Below are positions 37,500-51,314 of a stretch of DNA of 64,000 nt, piece by piece. The stretch comes from Octopus sinensis. Lineage: Eukaryota. The DNA lies in contig NC_043009.1 in NCBI RefSeq assembly GCF_006345805.1, forward strand, positions 9,858,001-9,922,000, in the 5' to 3' direction. A model generated the notes under the pieces. It was not told where the DNA came from, searched no databases, and worked only from the letters and a program-made list of their open reading frames with translations. Made by a program: the position numbers and the translations under genes. Positions within the stretch are counted from its first letter, which is position 1. Each line of letters opens with the position of its first letter.

Positions 37500-39280
37500 A
37501 AATATTTGTGTGTGTGTGTGTGTTGAAGAATGTACTACTTGAAAGGATTATTTATAGAATTATTTTATATTGTTTTTTCCACAGTTGATGGTGTGTGTGT
37601 GCATATATATATCATCATCACTTTAAGCATCCACTTTTCCATGTCTGTTTGGGTCAGATGGAATTTTATGGAGCCAGATTTTCTACAGCCGGATGCTCTT
37701 TCTATCACCAACCTTCACTTGGTTCCAAGTAAGGAAATAATTCCCCATAACTAAGACATGTTTTCAGAAGGTTAGAAGCAAAGGACACTGATTGTATGAC
37801 AGCGACATTCGTTTCCACCTATCACACAATGTCAAGGTAAGGAGATAGTAACACCCACACCCACACATGTACATATGCACACTCATATGCATATGTGCAC
37901 ATACACACACACAACAGGCTTCTTTTAGTCTTCATCTCCCAAATGCACTCGCAAGGCTTTTGTCGACCCAGGGCTACAGAAGAAAAACATTTACCCAAGA
38001 TGTCACACTGCAGGATTGAACCCAGCTCCATGGTGTTGAGGAGCAAACTTCTTACCTGCATCTCTCTTGCCCTCTCAGCTGTAACATAGTGTTCCTCACA
38101 GAAATACCTATTTCTTTACTACCCACAAGGGGCTAAACACAGATAGGACAAACAAGGACAGACAAACGGATTGAGTCGATTATATCGACCCCAGTGCATA
38201 ACTGGTACTTTATTTAATCGACCCCGAAAGGAGGAAAGGCAAAGTCGACCTCGGCGTAGCAACAGAAATATACTTGTCTGTCAGCTATTAAAGTACAAGC
38301 AGCACCAAAACAATTTCCTTAGGATTCTCAGCTCTAGTTCCTTGCTTGAAGAAGACTGAGAGTCACCAACATCAATGAGTTAAATAAACCCCAGGAATGA
38401 TACTCAGTGGAATGTCTGACTACAGGAATGTTCAAAAGTATTATGCTTCAAAACATATTGGCTCTTAGACTATGCAGTGACTATATGCGAAAGATTTTGT
38501 TCAGCAGAGAATGGTCTGGCAACTTCCAACCTCATGATAGCTCTTTCACAAATGATTCATCCTTTGTGTGAGTATTCTACCCACATTCAACTTTACTTAA
38601 TATGTAGCATATGATATAATTATAAACAGGGCAAATTTTAGCCATTTTTCTGCAGACTGAAAAAAATAACGAACAACATTAATCGATTTTTGAACCTTAT
38701 GGCAGAACTCAATATCCAATGAAAGATTTTTTTTCAATTTCACTTGGTCTGATGAGTCTTGTCATGCACAATACATCACCAGTGGTCTCAGTCACTTGTC
38801 ATCAACTCCACAAGACCCAACATTCAAAGATCATATTTCACCACCTCATCCCATGTCTTCCTGGGTTGACCTCTTCCACAGGTTCCTTCCAATGTATATA
38901 TATCTTTTATCTTTCTTTTACTTGTTTTAGACTGTGGCCATGCTGGGGCACTGCCTCATGGAATTATAGTTGAATGAATCGACTCCAGTACTTTTTTCTT
39001 TAAAGCCTGGTATTTATTCTATCAGTCTCTTTTGTCAACTGCTAAGTTTTGGGGATGTAAACACGGTTGGGGGGGGGGGGCAAACACAGACATAAAGACA
39101 CACATATACACACTCACATATGATGGATTTCTTTCAGTTTATCTCAACCAAATCCACTCATAAGGCTTTGGTTGGCCTAAAGCTACAGTAGAGGCCACTT
39201 GCCCAAGGGGCTATGCAGTGGGACTAAACCCCAAACCAGTGATTGGGCAGCAAATTTCTTACCACACATGTGCCTATATA

Positions 39281-39409
39281 TATAATCATCATGATATATA
39301 TATATAATCATCATCATCATCATGATATATATATATATATATCATCATCATGATATATATATATAATCATCATCATCATGATGATATATATATATATATA
39401 TCATCATCA

Positions 39410-39458
<49 letters not shown>

Positions 39459-39475
39459 ATATATTATATATATAT
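39281..39475. repeat. Compound (TA)n/(ATC)n-ATGAT minisatellite
   Basis: About five units of TATATA(A)TCATCATCATGATATA. Confidence 0.85.
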
Positions 39476-39851
39476 CAAAGCTACCTTGGATAATGAAATA
39501 GCCAACAAAGGAAACCTCTACATAGTTGTTTGAACTGCTTGAGATTGCAGTCAAATTTTTCTCTAAATCATGCCTTACCATCTTAAAAATAATGTCTAAG
39601 ATCACACTGAATGACATAGTATTAAACACATGAATACCTGAAATTCTTCACTGTAGATGTACTTAATCAAGACCAAACTGGAGCTAAACAATACAGAACC
39701 ATTAACCTAGACTGAAGGAAAGTTTCCTCGTATCTACAACTCGGTACTGATATTAAGATGAAGAACACTTTTATTTCACTTTTGGAAGCCATCTTCTATG
39801 TTCTAATCTCTACATCAATATTTGCTAAGATTTGAGATTAAATATCTTATA

Positions 39852-40240
39852 CTAGCACTATGACTCAGCGTTGCCGGGTCATAGTGCTAGTGATTGCATA
39901 TACAGCTGTGTGCATGTGCACATACACGCGAGTACTGTCCAAATCTCCGACCAATCACATACAGCTAGCTGGCATTCAATTGGCATATCACGTTTCGAGC
40001 ATTTTGATTGGGTTTTGGATAGAAAATTCGACAAAAAGTCACTTCTATTGATTTTTTTAATGGCTTTGCAGGGTGACTGGGGAAATGTAAAGATGTGCAC
40101 AACCACTCTTGCACGGTTTTGAATGACCATAGAAAGTGTGAGCCCTCTAACTGAAAAATTGTGGATTTGTATAAAGGATACGCACACACACACACACACA
40201 CACAAACAGACAGACATTTTGCCGTTTATATATATAGAGA
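39852..40240 (-). mobile_element. Helitron family 2, copy 3
   Basis: TC...CTAG termini and hairpin as in the other copies. Confidence 0.82.
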
Positions 40241-40631
40241 TGAGAAGACAAATTCTGTTGACTCTCTCTTGCAAGAGTGGCTTCCCAACAATGCTCAGCA
40301 AACAGATTCTCCTGCAGTTGCTGCAATTGCTTCAACTCTCCTTCTTCTTATACAAAATGACATTTTTGCAATATCTCATCTCTTGTAGCATTGCTTTTTT
40401 TTTCTTTCTAGAGTTGGTGTAGTAGTTTGTGTGGGTGGTGCAACAGAATGTCCTTATTAGCTTGGCAGAAGTGGAAGATACATATATTTGCTTAGCTTAA
40501 GTTTTAGTGATAAAAAGCAAGCCGCTTATTGACAAGATAAAGTGATTAAACATCTTGGAATCATTCCATCCGAGATTACCTCTGATTCTAGGATAAAAAA
40601 AACAAAGAAAACTGCCTATTTTAAAGTGCAT

Positions 40632-40895
40632 CTCTGTGTGTGTGCGTGTGCTTGCATGTATGCATGTGTATGTTTGCATGCATGCTTGTGTGTATGTGTT
40701 TATGCATGCCTGTGTGTATGCATGTATGTGTGCTTGCACGTGTGTGTGTGTGTACTTGCATATGTGCATGAGTACATGTGCTTGCATGTGATCATGTGTG
40801 TGTGTGTGTGCTTACATGTGTTCATGTGTGTGCATGCACGTGCTTGCATATACGCATGTGTTCATATGTATGTACGGGTGTGTGTGTGTGTGTAT
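40632..40895 (+). repeat. Degenerate (TG)/(CATG) alternating purine-pyrimidine tract
   Basis: Read directly from the sequence. Confidence 0.85.
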
Positions 40896-42234
40896 ACTTT
40901 TATGAAAGAACCTACTGTCAGTTGACACTCAATACATAAACTTAATGAATAAGACTCTTTGTTTTATTAAACTCATTTAAATTCTTGATTATTTTCAACC
41001 ATTTATAATTAGAGTAATTCATTAGGCAGTGCTCCTGCATGGCCACAGTCCTTGGGCTGAAACTATTAAAAGGATAAAAGTATAGGCGTAGGAGTGGCTG
41101 TGTGGTAAGTAGCTTGTTTACCAACCACATGGTTCCGGCTTCAGTCCCACTGCGTGACACCTTGGGCAAGTGTCTTCTACTATAGCCTCGGGCCGACCAA
41201 AGCTTTGTGAGTGGATTTGGTAGACGGAAATTGAAAGAAGCCCGTCGTATGTATGTATATATATATAGTATGTGTGTTTGTGTGTCTGTGTTTGTCCCCC
41301 TAGCATTGCTTGACAACCGATGTTGGTGTGTTTACGTCCCCGTCACTTAGCGGTTCGGCAAAAAGAGACCGATAGAATAAGTACTGGGCTTACAAAGAAT
41401 AAGTCCCAGGGTCGATTTGCTCTACTAAAGGCGGTGCTCCAGCATGGCCGCAGTCAAATGACTGAAACGAGTAAAAGAAGTAAGTAAGAAAAAGTATATA
41501 TGTATATATATGAAAAGACAAATTCTACCCGAGTCAGAAGCCATGATAGATCGTTAGCCACTACACACATTTCTTTTCTGTCCTTGTTTTTTTCTGTGTC
41601 CCTTTCTGTAGAAGAGCGTAGGCTCGAAACATAAAAGACTTTTTATATTTCTGAGTGTTATACTAATACATCTGTTTGTTCTGTGCACCACCTGTATTCG
41701 TCTTTTGTTTTTTACGTAAACTCTCCCTATATATATATATATATATACGTGTGTTTGTATATGTTTGTGTGCCTGTGTTTGTCCCCCCAACATCGCTTGA
41801 CAACCAATGCTGGTGTGTTTATGTCACCGTAACTTAGCGGTTCGGCAAAAGAGACCGATAGAATAAGTACTATAGGTTTACAAAGAATAAGTCCTGGGGT
41901 CGATTTGCTCGACTGAAGGCGGTGCTCCAGCATGGCCGCAGTCAAATGACTGAAACCAGTAAAAGAGTAAAAGAGAGTATAAGAATACAATGACGACAGG
42001 TTTAATGGATTGCTGTTGCTTCTTCAACGGAAACTTCTCCTGATATTCATCCGACTCATTTAATGTCACTTCTGGGACGCTTTGACCTGAACAATGTTTT
42101 CTGAAAGGTGCAAGTGGCTGATCTGTAATGCCACTTCTTTACAAGGAAATTGAAAATGTCACCAACAAGTATCTGGGTCTGTGATAAGAGATATTTTCAA
42201 GTTCTTCGTAAGATGGTTACTTCCACATGAACAT

Positions 42235-42552
42235 TTAATACATTAACATATTCAACATTAAACAAGCATCTCATTAACATATATTACATTAATATGTATC
42301 ACATTAACATATACTACATTAACATAATTTACTACTTCAATATTTATCACATTAACATAATTTACTACATTAAAATTTATCCCATTAACATATACTACAT
42401 TAACCTATTTTACATAAATATTTATCACATTAACATAATTTATAACATTAAAATTTACTACATTAATATATACTGCACTAATATCTACCACATTAGTATA
42501 ATTTATTACATTAATATTTATCACATTAACATATTTGACAATAACATTTACT
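42235..42552 (+). repeat. AT-rich minisatellite of degenerate ACATTAACATAT(T)TA(C)T units; resumes at about 42960-43020 and 44030-44090
   Basis: Read directly. The array is interrupted by SINE insertions. Confidence 0.8.
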
Positions 42553-45051
42553 ACTCTTTACTCTTTTACTTGTTTCAATCATGTGACTGTGGCCATGCTG
42601 GAGCACCGCCTTTAATCGAGCACTTCGACCCCAGGACATATTCTTTGTAAGCCTAGTACATATTCTATCATTCTCTTTTACTGAACTGCTAAGTTACAGG
42701 GGACGTAAACACACCAGCATCGGTTGTCAAGCAATGTTGGGGGGACAAACACAGACACACAAACATATACACACACATACATATATATATATGCATATAT
42801 ACGATGGGCTTCTTTCAGTTTCCGTCTACCAAATCCACTCACAAGGCTTTGGTCGGCCTGAGGCAATAGTAGAAGATGCCCAAGGTGCCACAGAGTGGGA
42901 CTGAACCCGGAACCATGTGGTTCATAAGCAAGCTACTTCCCATACAGCCACTCCTACAACATATACTACATTTATATTTACCACATAATTTATCGCATTA
43001 ATATTCATCTCATTAACATATATTAGTGACTAATAGTTAGAACAATATATTCAACTGGTTTAGCAAGTCAAAATGTGTTGCAGAACTGGTCTGGCTTCTT
43101 ACGTTCTGAGTCCTTTCACCTTTCTTACGAAGTTCTCCCATCTCTTACAAACTGAGACTGTGCCTACATAAGAAACCAGTTTTACTATGTTAATACTACA
43201 ATGGTTTCAAATTTTGGCATGGTCAGCACTTTTGGGGGAGCAGGTAAGAGTTGATTACATTGGCCTCAGTGCTCAACTGGTACTTATTTAAAGATCTCAA
43301 AAGGATAAAAAGAAAATTCGACCTCAGCGGAATTTGAACTTAAAATGTAAAGTTAGATGAAATGTCACTTTGTATTTTGCCCAATGTGCTGGCAATTTGG
43401 CCAGCTCACCATCTTCCATGTTAATACTATTTATATTAATATGTTTAACATTAACATTTATTTTTTTTATGCACCCTTTTCAAGCCTAGCCAGGCTCATG
43501 GGCCCGGTTTCCAGGTTTCTATGGTGTATGTGTTCCCCCCACCCACATCTGGACAGGACGCCCGTCCATCGCAGCATTACTCAAGAAACAGGAGGAAAGA
43601 GTGAGAGAAAGTTAGGGTGAAGGAGTACAACAAGGGTTACCACCACCCCCTGCCGGAGCCTTGTGGGGCTTTAGGTGTTTTTTCTCAATAAACACACACA
43701 ATGCCTGGTCTGGGAATCGAAACCGCAATTGTCCGACCGCAAGTCCACTGCCCTAACCACTGGACCATTGCGCCTCCAAATGAATGTGCCCTTTTAAAGC
43801 CTAGCCAGTCTCATGGGTCCGGTTCCCTGGTTTCAATGGCATATGTGTTCTCCAGCTGGACGGGACGCCAGTCTATCACAGCTTTACACATTTTTGCCAG
43901 CTGAGTGGACTGGAGCAAGGTGAAATGAACGGTTTTGCTCAAGAACACATGTCGCCCAGTCTAGGAATCGAAACCACAATCTTACAATCATGATGCTGAC
44001 ACCCTAACCACTAAGCCACGCGCCTCCACATTACATTAACATATATATACAAAAATATTTACCACTGTACACTACATTAACACTTACTATATTCCGCAAA
44101 CATTCTGTTTAAAAATGATCTCAATTAAAACCTTCGATCAAATTTTCATTTTAATGTATGTATCAAACACTTAATAATGACAAAGATATTTTTCTAAATT
44201 CTTTATTATTTTCAAAATAAATTGAATAAAAGAGAGTGTATTTCAACAGAAATATGGTAACTGGAAGAGTTAAATCCTTAATTGAATGCTAGATCTAAAT
44301 AAGGCTTGGTCCTTCAGTGATGAAAGAAAGAAGAGGGAACGGTAGGAAGAAGAGGAATTAGAGAAATTGCATGTCAGGAAGGGTCACAGAGGAATGTCTG
44401 AGGAATGAGGCCAGAAGTATGGTGGATTCAGAATATAGGTGTGCCACGTGCAGCTGCATCTTGAACGCAATGACCTGAAAAGAATTCTATTTTGGTTATA
44501 ACTGCTACCAAGGTTTAAATTGTATCACAAACTTAACATTTAAACATAAAACCCTTTAATATTCACATTATTCCGTCAAAAGTAATACTTATTTACTAAT
44601 TTTGTTTTCAATTAATTATACATTGACTTATAGCTTTCAGATTTTTATGAGGTAACTCTTTTACTTGTTTCAGTCATGTGACTATGGCCATGCTGGAGCA
44701 CCACCTTTAGTCGAGCAAATCGACCCCAGGACTTATTCTTTGTAAGCCTAGTACTTATTCTATCGGTCTCTTTTATGAACCGCTAAGTTACTGGGATGGA
44801 AACACACCAACATCGGTTGTCAAATAACGTTGGGAGGGGGGGAACAAACACAGAGTCACAAACATATACACACACATACATATATATATATATATGACGG
44901 GCTTCTTTCAATTTTTATCTACTAAATCCACTCACAAGGCTTTGGTTAGCCTGAGGCTATAGTAGAAGACGCCCAAGGTGCTACGCAGTGGGAATGAACC
45001 CGGAACCATGTGGTTGGTAAGCAAGCTACTTACCACACAGCCACTCCTGCA

Positions 45052-45092
<41 letters not shown>

Positions 45093-48000
45093 CATCATCA
45101 TCATTTAGCATCTGCTTTCCATGCTGGCATGGGTTAGATAGTTTGACTGGAACTGGTAAGCTACACCAAGATCCAGTCTGATTTGGCTTCGTTTCTACAG
45201 CTGGGTGCCTTTCCTAATGCCAACCACTCCAAGAGTGTAGTGGGTGCCTTGTATGTGTCACCAGCACAGGGGTGCCATTTACGTGTCACCAGCACAAGCC
45301 ACAACTATGACTTCACTCGGCTTTATGAGTCTTCTCAAGCACACACACACACACACACAGGCATTTGTTGGCCCAGGTTACAGTAGAAGACACTTGCCCA
45401 AGGTTCCACACAGTGCGACTGCATCCAAAGCGAGCTTCTTAAACACACAGCCACACTGTGGAAAATAAGTTTTAAAAATTTAAAAGAAACTTACAAAAAA
45501 TAACATAGATTATAAAATGGTGAAATGTAAAACTACTTTGATCTGCTATAAATGACACATACAAGCCTCCGTGGAGTGGCTGACATACTCAGTACACTTG
45601 GGATACGTATTTTGTTTACAAATGTTGGTGAAAATTTTGTGAAGGAAGATGATATCATCATCAAATACGAAAATGAAAACAAAAATTTTAAGCCTGAATT
45701 AGAGGAAGATTTTGCATTTACTGATAAATAAGGAAGATTTTCATATCTTATCTGCCATTCCCACATGGTTCATAACAGAGCATTAACTCGAATCAGTGCT
45801 ATAAAGTAAATCACAAAATCTTTACATATGGTTATCTACCAAAATCAGGCATAGGCAACCTTTTTTGAGGAGTGGACTACATGCAGCATGATTCTTCATC
45901 AGGATGTCCACACTATGTAAAAGAAAAAAAAATTAAGGTAATTGTGTCGTTTGGAAAGTCCTGTGGGCTACATGTGAGTTTGCCCAGCATCATCATCATT
46001 ATTGTTATCTAAAGTCCATCTTCCAAGCTGGCATGGGTTGGACGGTTTTGACGGGAGCTGGCAAACCAGAAGACTGCACCAAGCTTCTTCACTCTCTGTT
46101 TTGGCATGGTTTTTACAGCAGGATGCCACCACCTTACAGAATGGAACAAGTGCTTTTTATGTGGCACCAACACTAGAGAGGTCCGCTTTGGCATGGTTTT
46201 TACAGCAGGATGCCCACAAAGTAGCTTGTTTACCAACCACATGGTTCTGGGTTCAGTCCCACTGCGTGGCACCTTGGGCAAGTGTCTTTTACTATAGCCT
46301 CGGGTCGACCAAAGCCTTGTGAGTGGATTTGGTAGACAGAAACTGAAAGAAGCCCATCGTATATATGTGTATATATATATATATATATGTTTGTGTGTCT
46401 GTGTTTGTCCCCCTAGCATTGCTTGACAACCGATGCTGGTATGTTTATGTCCCCGTTACTTAGCGGTTCGGCAAAAGAGACCGATAGAATAAGTACTGGG
46501 CTTACAAAAAGAATAAGTCTCCCGGGGTCGAGTTGCTCGATTAAAGGCGGTGCTGCAGCATGGCCGCAGTCAAATGACTGAAACAAGTAAAAGAGTAAAA
46601 GAGTATATAAAAGTGACAAATAGTACAAACAATAGTTTCACACCACACTATACAGCTTATCTCCTGATGAATCTGTGAAAATACAAAACCACCCACAACT
46701 GGTAGTATTGTTCATTATGTTTCCTTTGATGTAATTATGAAAGAGATGTTGAACTTAATCAACTCGTGATATTGACATTAAAAACAAGGTTGGGGGAGTG
46801 TGAAATCCCGTTGGTGTTGTAATAGATACAACACCAGTAAATGGTGGGAAAAAAAATTGCAGAATTAATTGCATTTATCAAAAAAGACCCCAGCTTACCA
46901 GGGTTTCTCCTCGATAATTGTATGAACACCTGGCAAGTCAGATATTTCAAAATAGAAAGTGGATGTAAATTGAAGAAGATGATAATGATAAATATACTTA
47001 AATGGGAAAGGCCAAACAAACATTTCACATTAAAGAAATGGAGTTTGCAGTTTAACTTAGTGATATTGTGAGAAGATTGTGAACCGGTAGAGCCATAAGT
47101 CAAACTCTTTTACTTGTTGCAGTCATTTGACTGCAGCCATGCTGGAGCACTGCCTTTAGTCGAGCAAATCGACCCCAGGAACTAGTCTTTGGAAGACTAG
47201 TACTTATTCTATCAGTCTCTTTTGCCGAACTGCTAAGTTACGGGGATGTAAACACACCAGCATCGGTTGTCAAGTGATGTTGGGGGGACAAACAAAGACA
47301 GAAACATATACACACATATATTTATATACATATATACGACGAGCTTCTTTCAGTTTCCGTCTACCAAATCCATTCACAAGGCTTTGCTGGCCCGAGGCTA
47401 TAGTAGGAGACACTTGCCAAAGGTGTCACACAGTGGGAATGAACCCGGAAGCATGTGGTTGGTAAGTAAGCTACTTACCACACAGCCACTCCTACTAGTT
47501 TTTATTTTTTACTTGATTAGGTTGTTGGACTTTGGTCATGTCAGGGCAATGCTATGAAAGGTTTAGTCAGATAAATCAACCCCAGTATTTATTATTTAAG
47601 TTTGGTATGTATTGTAGCTGTTTCTGCTGCGAACCTGCTAAGTTATGAGGATGTAAACAAACACCAAATGTCAAAAGAATGTTGGGACCAACACAAAGAC
47701 ACACACAAGTGTGTGTGAGAGCGTGTGTGTATGTGTGTATGGATTTTTTTTATTGTTTTACTCGTTTCAGTTATTTGACTGCCTCCATGCTGGAGCACCA
47801 ACTTGAAATGTTTTTGTCAAACAATTTGACCTCAGGACTTATTTTTAAGCCTAGTACTTATTCTATCAGGCTCTTTGCCAAACTGCAAAATGATAGGGAC
47901 ATACACACACCAAAACCAGTTGTCAAGCAACGATGGAGGGACACACACAGACACTAAACACACATATCATCATCATCATCATTTAACATACATTGGCTAT

Positions 48001-49468
48001 ACTGGCATGGGCTGGATAGTTTGAACAGTCCCCACCAACAGCTATCGGAATCATCTGATTCTGAACTAGGAAATACTCACTCTTGGAGTCATTGTCTGAA
48101 CTGGAAGAAACAACTGGTGAGGTGGTGTAGTTTGACACGACAACTGTCAATTGGATGAAACAGGACATGATGACGAAGTTGACGGAGCTGGAGTGGTAGG
48201 ATGCGACAACCATAAATTCCATGAAACAGGACACGACAATGGAGTTGACAGAGCTGGAGTGACAGGACCAGCCTCTCATGTTGTAAATATTTGCAAGAAA
48301 CATCTAATTGTCCTATCAGTTGGCAGGTGGACTGGTACTAACTCAGGTGACAGGATCTAAGTCAGGTGACGTATAATAACATCAACTGATTGCATGTGTG
48401 AATTTATGTCAAAAAGGGTTAATTTTAAGTCTAGTGCTTATTCTGTCAGTCTCTTTTGCCAAAGCCACTAAGTTATGAGAACACAAACAAACCAACACCA
48501 ATACTCAAGCAGTGGGGAAGGCAGACAAAGACCCACACCCACACACACACACACACACACACAGAGTTTCTGTCTACCAAATTTACAAATTCATTCACAA
48601 GGTATTAGTTGAGCCTGGGGTAATAAATACTTGCCCGAGGTGCACAGCAATAGTACGGAACAGTGATGTACCTGATAGGGGAACAAGGGAGTGACCACTC
48701 CCCACAAGCACATTTTTCAAAATTAACCCCTTTACAACAATTTTATAAAACTCACTTGTATGATAAAAGTAGAATCTCTTTTTTTCTTTTAATCACAAGG
48801 CCTTGGAAGAACTCTCTGAAGTCATTACTTTATCTGACCAACCTTCCATGTTTTTTAAGTATCTGCTCAATCTCCTGTGATGAGTTGGTGGCCCCTGATG
48901 TCTGAAGAACTAAAACAAACCCTGACGTCATCACCTCTTGACTCTGAACAATCCCTTGGGGTTTCATCTTTTTATGCCACACCTATATCAGCAGTTATAA
49001 GTTTCATACATTAACGACATTGTTAGTGAAACATGAAATTAATGAATGTAAAATAGAATTATGTATAGTACAACTAATATTGCATAATATAAGAGAAATT
49101 AGTCAAACATTGTTTGGTATGTGTCACAGTGCCTTTTTTTATGTGCTTAGTCTCCCAACTTTAGAACCCAGCTATGCCTCTGTACTAAACCCAAAACCCT
49201 TTGGTTGTAAAACAAGCTTCGTAACTAGACAACCACATCTATTCTCTTTTACTTTTTTACTTGTTTCAGTCATTTGACTGCGGCCATGCTGGGGCACCGC
49301 CTTTAGTCGAGCAAATCGACCTTGGGACTTATTCTTTGTAAGCCCAGTACTTATTCTACCGGTCTCTTTTGCTGAACCGCTAAGTGACGGGGACGTAAAA
49401 ACACCAGCATCAGTTGTCAAGCGATGTTGGGGGGACAAACACAGATACACAAACACACACATACACAC

Positions 49469-49501
<33 letters not shown>

Positions 49502-51280
49502 CAACAGGCTTCTTTCAGTTTCCGTCTACCAAATCCACTCACAGGGCTTTGCTTGGCCCGAGGCTATAGTAGAAGACACTTGCCCAAGGTGCCACGCAGT
49601 GGGACTGAACTCGGAACCATGTGGTTGGTAAGCAAGCTACTTACCACACAGCCACTCCTGCGCCTATTATCAATATTTTGACTGATCTTGTTACTTGTAA
49701 TGCAATGATTGAGTGAAACCAACCAGTAGAGAATTAATATTTAGTTTCTGCGTTTTTCATCCTGGGTACCAATCCTATCATGAAAGTGTGTCGTCCTTCA
49801 CTCATGATGAGAATTTAAAAAAAACAACAACAACAGCAAAAAATCCGTGTGTTTCCTTTCACACACGAAAAGATTTTTTTTTTTAAATCCTGCGATAGTT
49901 GATATTTTTTCTTTCCTCTCCATGAGGTCAACAAAGTAAATATCAGCAATATTGGTTCTATTTAATTAATGACATATCTACACTAACTAACTAAAAAGAA
50001 AGAAAAAAAATTGGCCTTCAGCCTACAAAGGAAACAAATCTTATTAATGATTGAAGAAGCAGAGCACTAGACTGGATGCTTTACTATATCAAGTACAATG
50101 CCTTGTTTGTTCCCAATTCAAATCCCGTTGGGAGTTATTTTGTTCTCCTCCAGCTGAGAGCCATAAATTAAACAGTATTAATATATAAGGACAATTAACT
50201 ATAGACACCCTTTACAAATATATGACCTTGCATACAAGGAAGAGAAATCTTTGTTGTCATCATTGTGATATTGGTGCAGATGTCGCTGAGTGATTAAGAA
50301 GTCTGCTTTCCATCCCTATGGTTTAGAGTTCAATCCCATTCAGCTATAGCCCTAACTGACAAAAGACTTCTGAGAGGATTTGGTAGATGGAAATGGGAAG
50401 AATCCCATTGTTTATGTACATATTGTGTGTATACTCTCTTTTTCTCTTTACTGTTTTACTTGTTTCAGTCATTTGACTGCGGCCATGCTGGAGCACCGCC
50501 TTTAATCGAGCAACTCGACCCCGGGACTTATTCTTTTGTAAGCTCAGTACTTATTCTGTTGGTCTCTTTTGTCAAACCGCTAAGTAATGGGGGACATAAA
50601 CACACCAGCATCGGTTGTCAAGCAATGCTAGGGGGACAAACACAGACACACAAACACACACATGCATATATATATATATATATACATATATACGACGGGC
50701 TTCTTTCGGTTTCCGTCTACCAAATCCACTCACAAGGCTTTGGTCGGCCCGAGGCTATAGTAGAAGACGCTTGCCCAAGGTGCCACGCAGTGGGACTGAA
50801 CCCGGAACCATGTGGTTAGTAAACATGCTACTTACCACACAGCCACTCCTGCGCCTATATGTGTGACTCTTGTCTTGGCATTATGGGGTAGTTGTAAATG
50901 AGTGTCGCTGACATATAAGCAGAGTTCCTTGTTTCCAGTCTGCCCTAAAATTATGTCTGGTCATGAGGAAATATTCACTTGCTTGGAAATAGGGGAGGAT
51001 TGGCACCAGGAAGGGCTTTCAGTTGCAGAAAATCTACTACAGCAAATTCTGTCTGACCCATGCAAGCTTGTAAAAGTAGATGTTACAGTGATGCTAATGA
51101 TGACAGCGATGATGACATTTAGTTGAATCTCAATATGTTCTAAGTTCAAATCCTACCAACGTCCAATTTCCTTCCATGTTCACTGAAAACAAGTACCATT
51201 CAAGCAATTGTGGTCAATTTAATCAAGCATCCTAAGCAAGATTTGTAGTATATACCTATATTAGAAATCACAATGTGAGT

Positions 51281-51314
<34 letters not shown>

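Noticed and set aside
38749-38830. CTGATGA followed by a GTCTTGT/ACAAGAC stem
   Set aside because: No GAAA box and no helix I. It lies in a LINE-like fragment and is probably chance.
39667-39792. Minus-strand ATG frame MASKSEIKVFFILISVPSCRYEETFLQ as the missing first synaptojanin exon
   Set aside because: Only superficial resemblance, wrong length to a phase-1 donor, and the frame runs into a stop.
46664-46685. CTGATGAATCTGTGAAAA
   Set aside because: Both core boxes are present, but there is no helix II or helix I/III pairing.
48756-48901. Minus-strand 146-nt segment with a good acceptor (ttcttcag) and donor (gtgagt)
   Set aside because: Stops in all three frames and no synaptojanin similarity. 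It could only be a non-coding exon, which needs transcript data.
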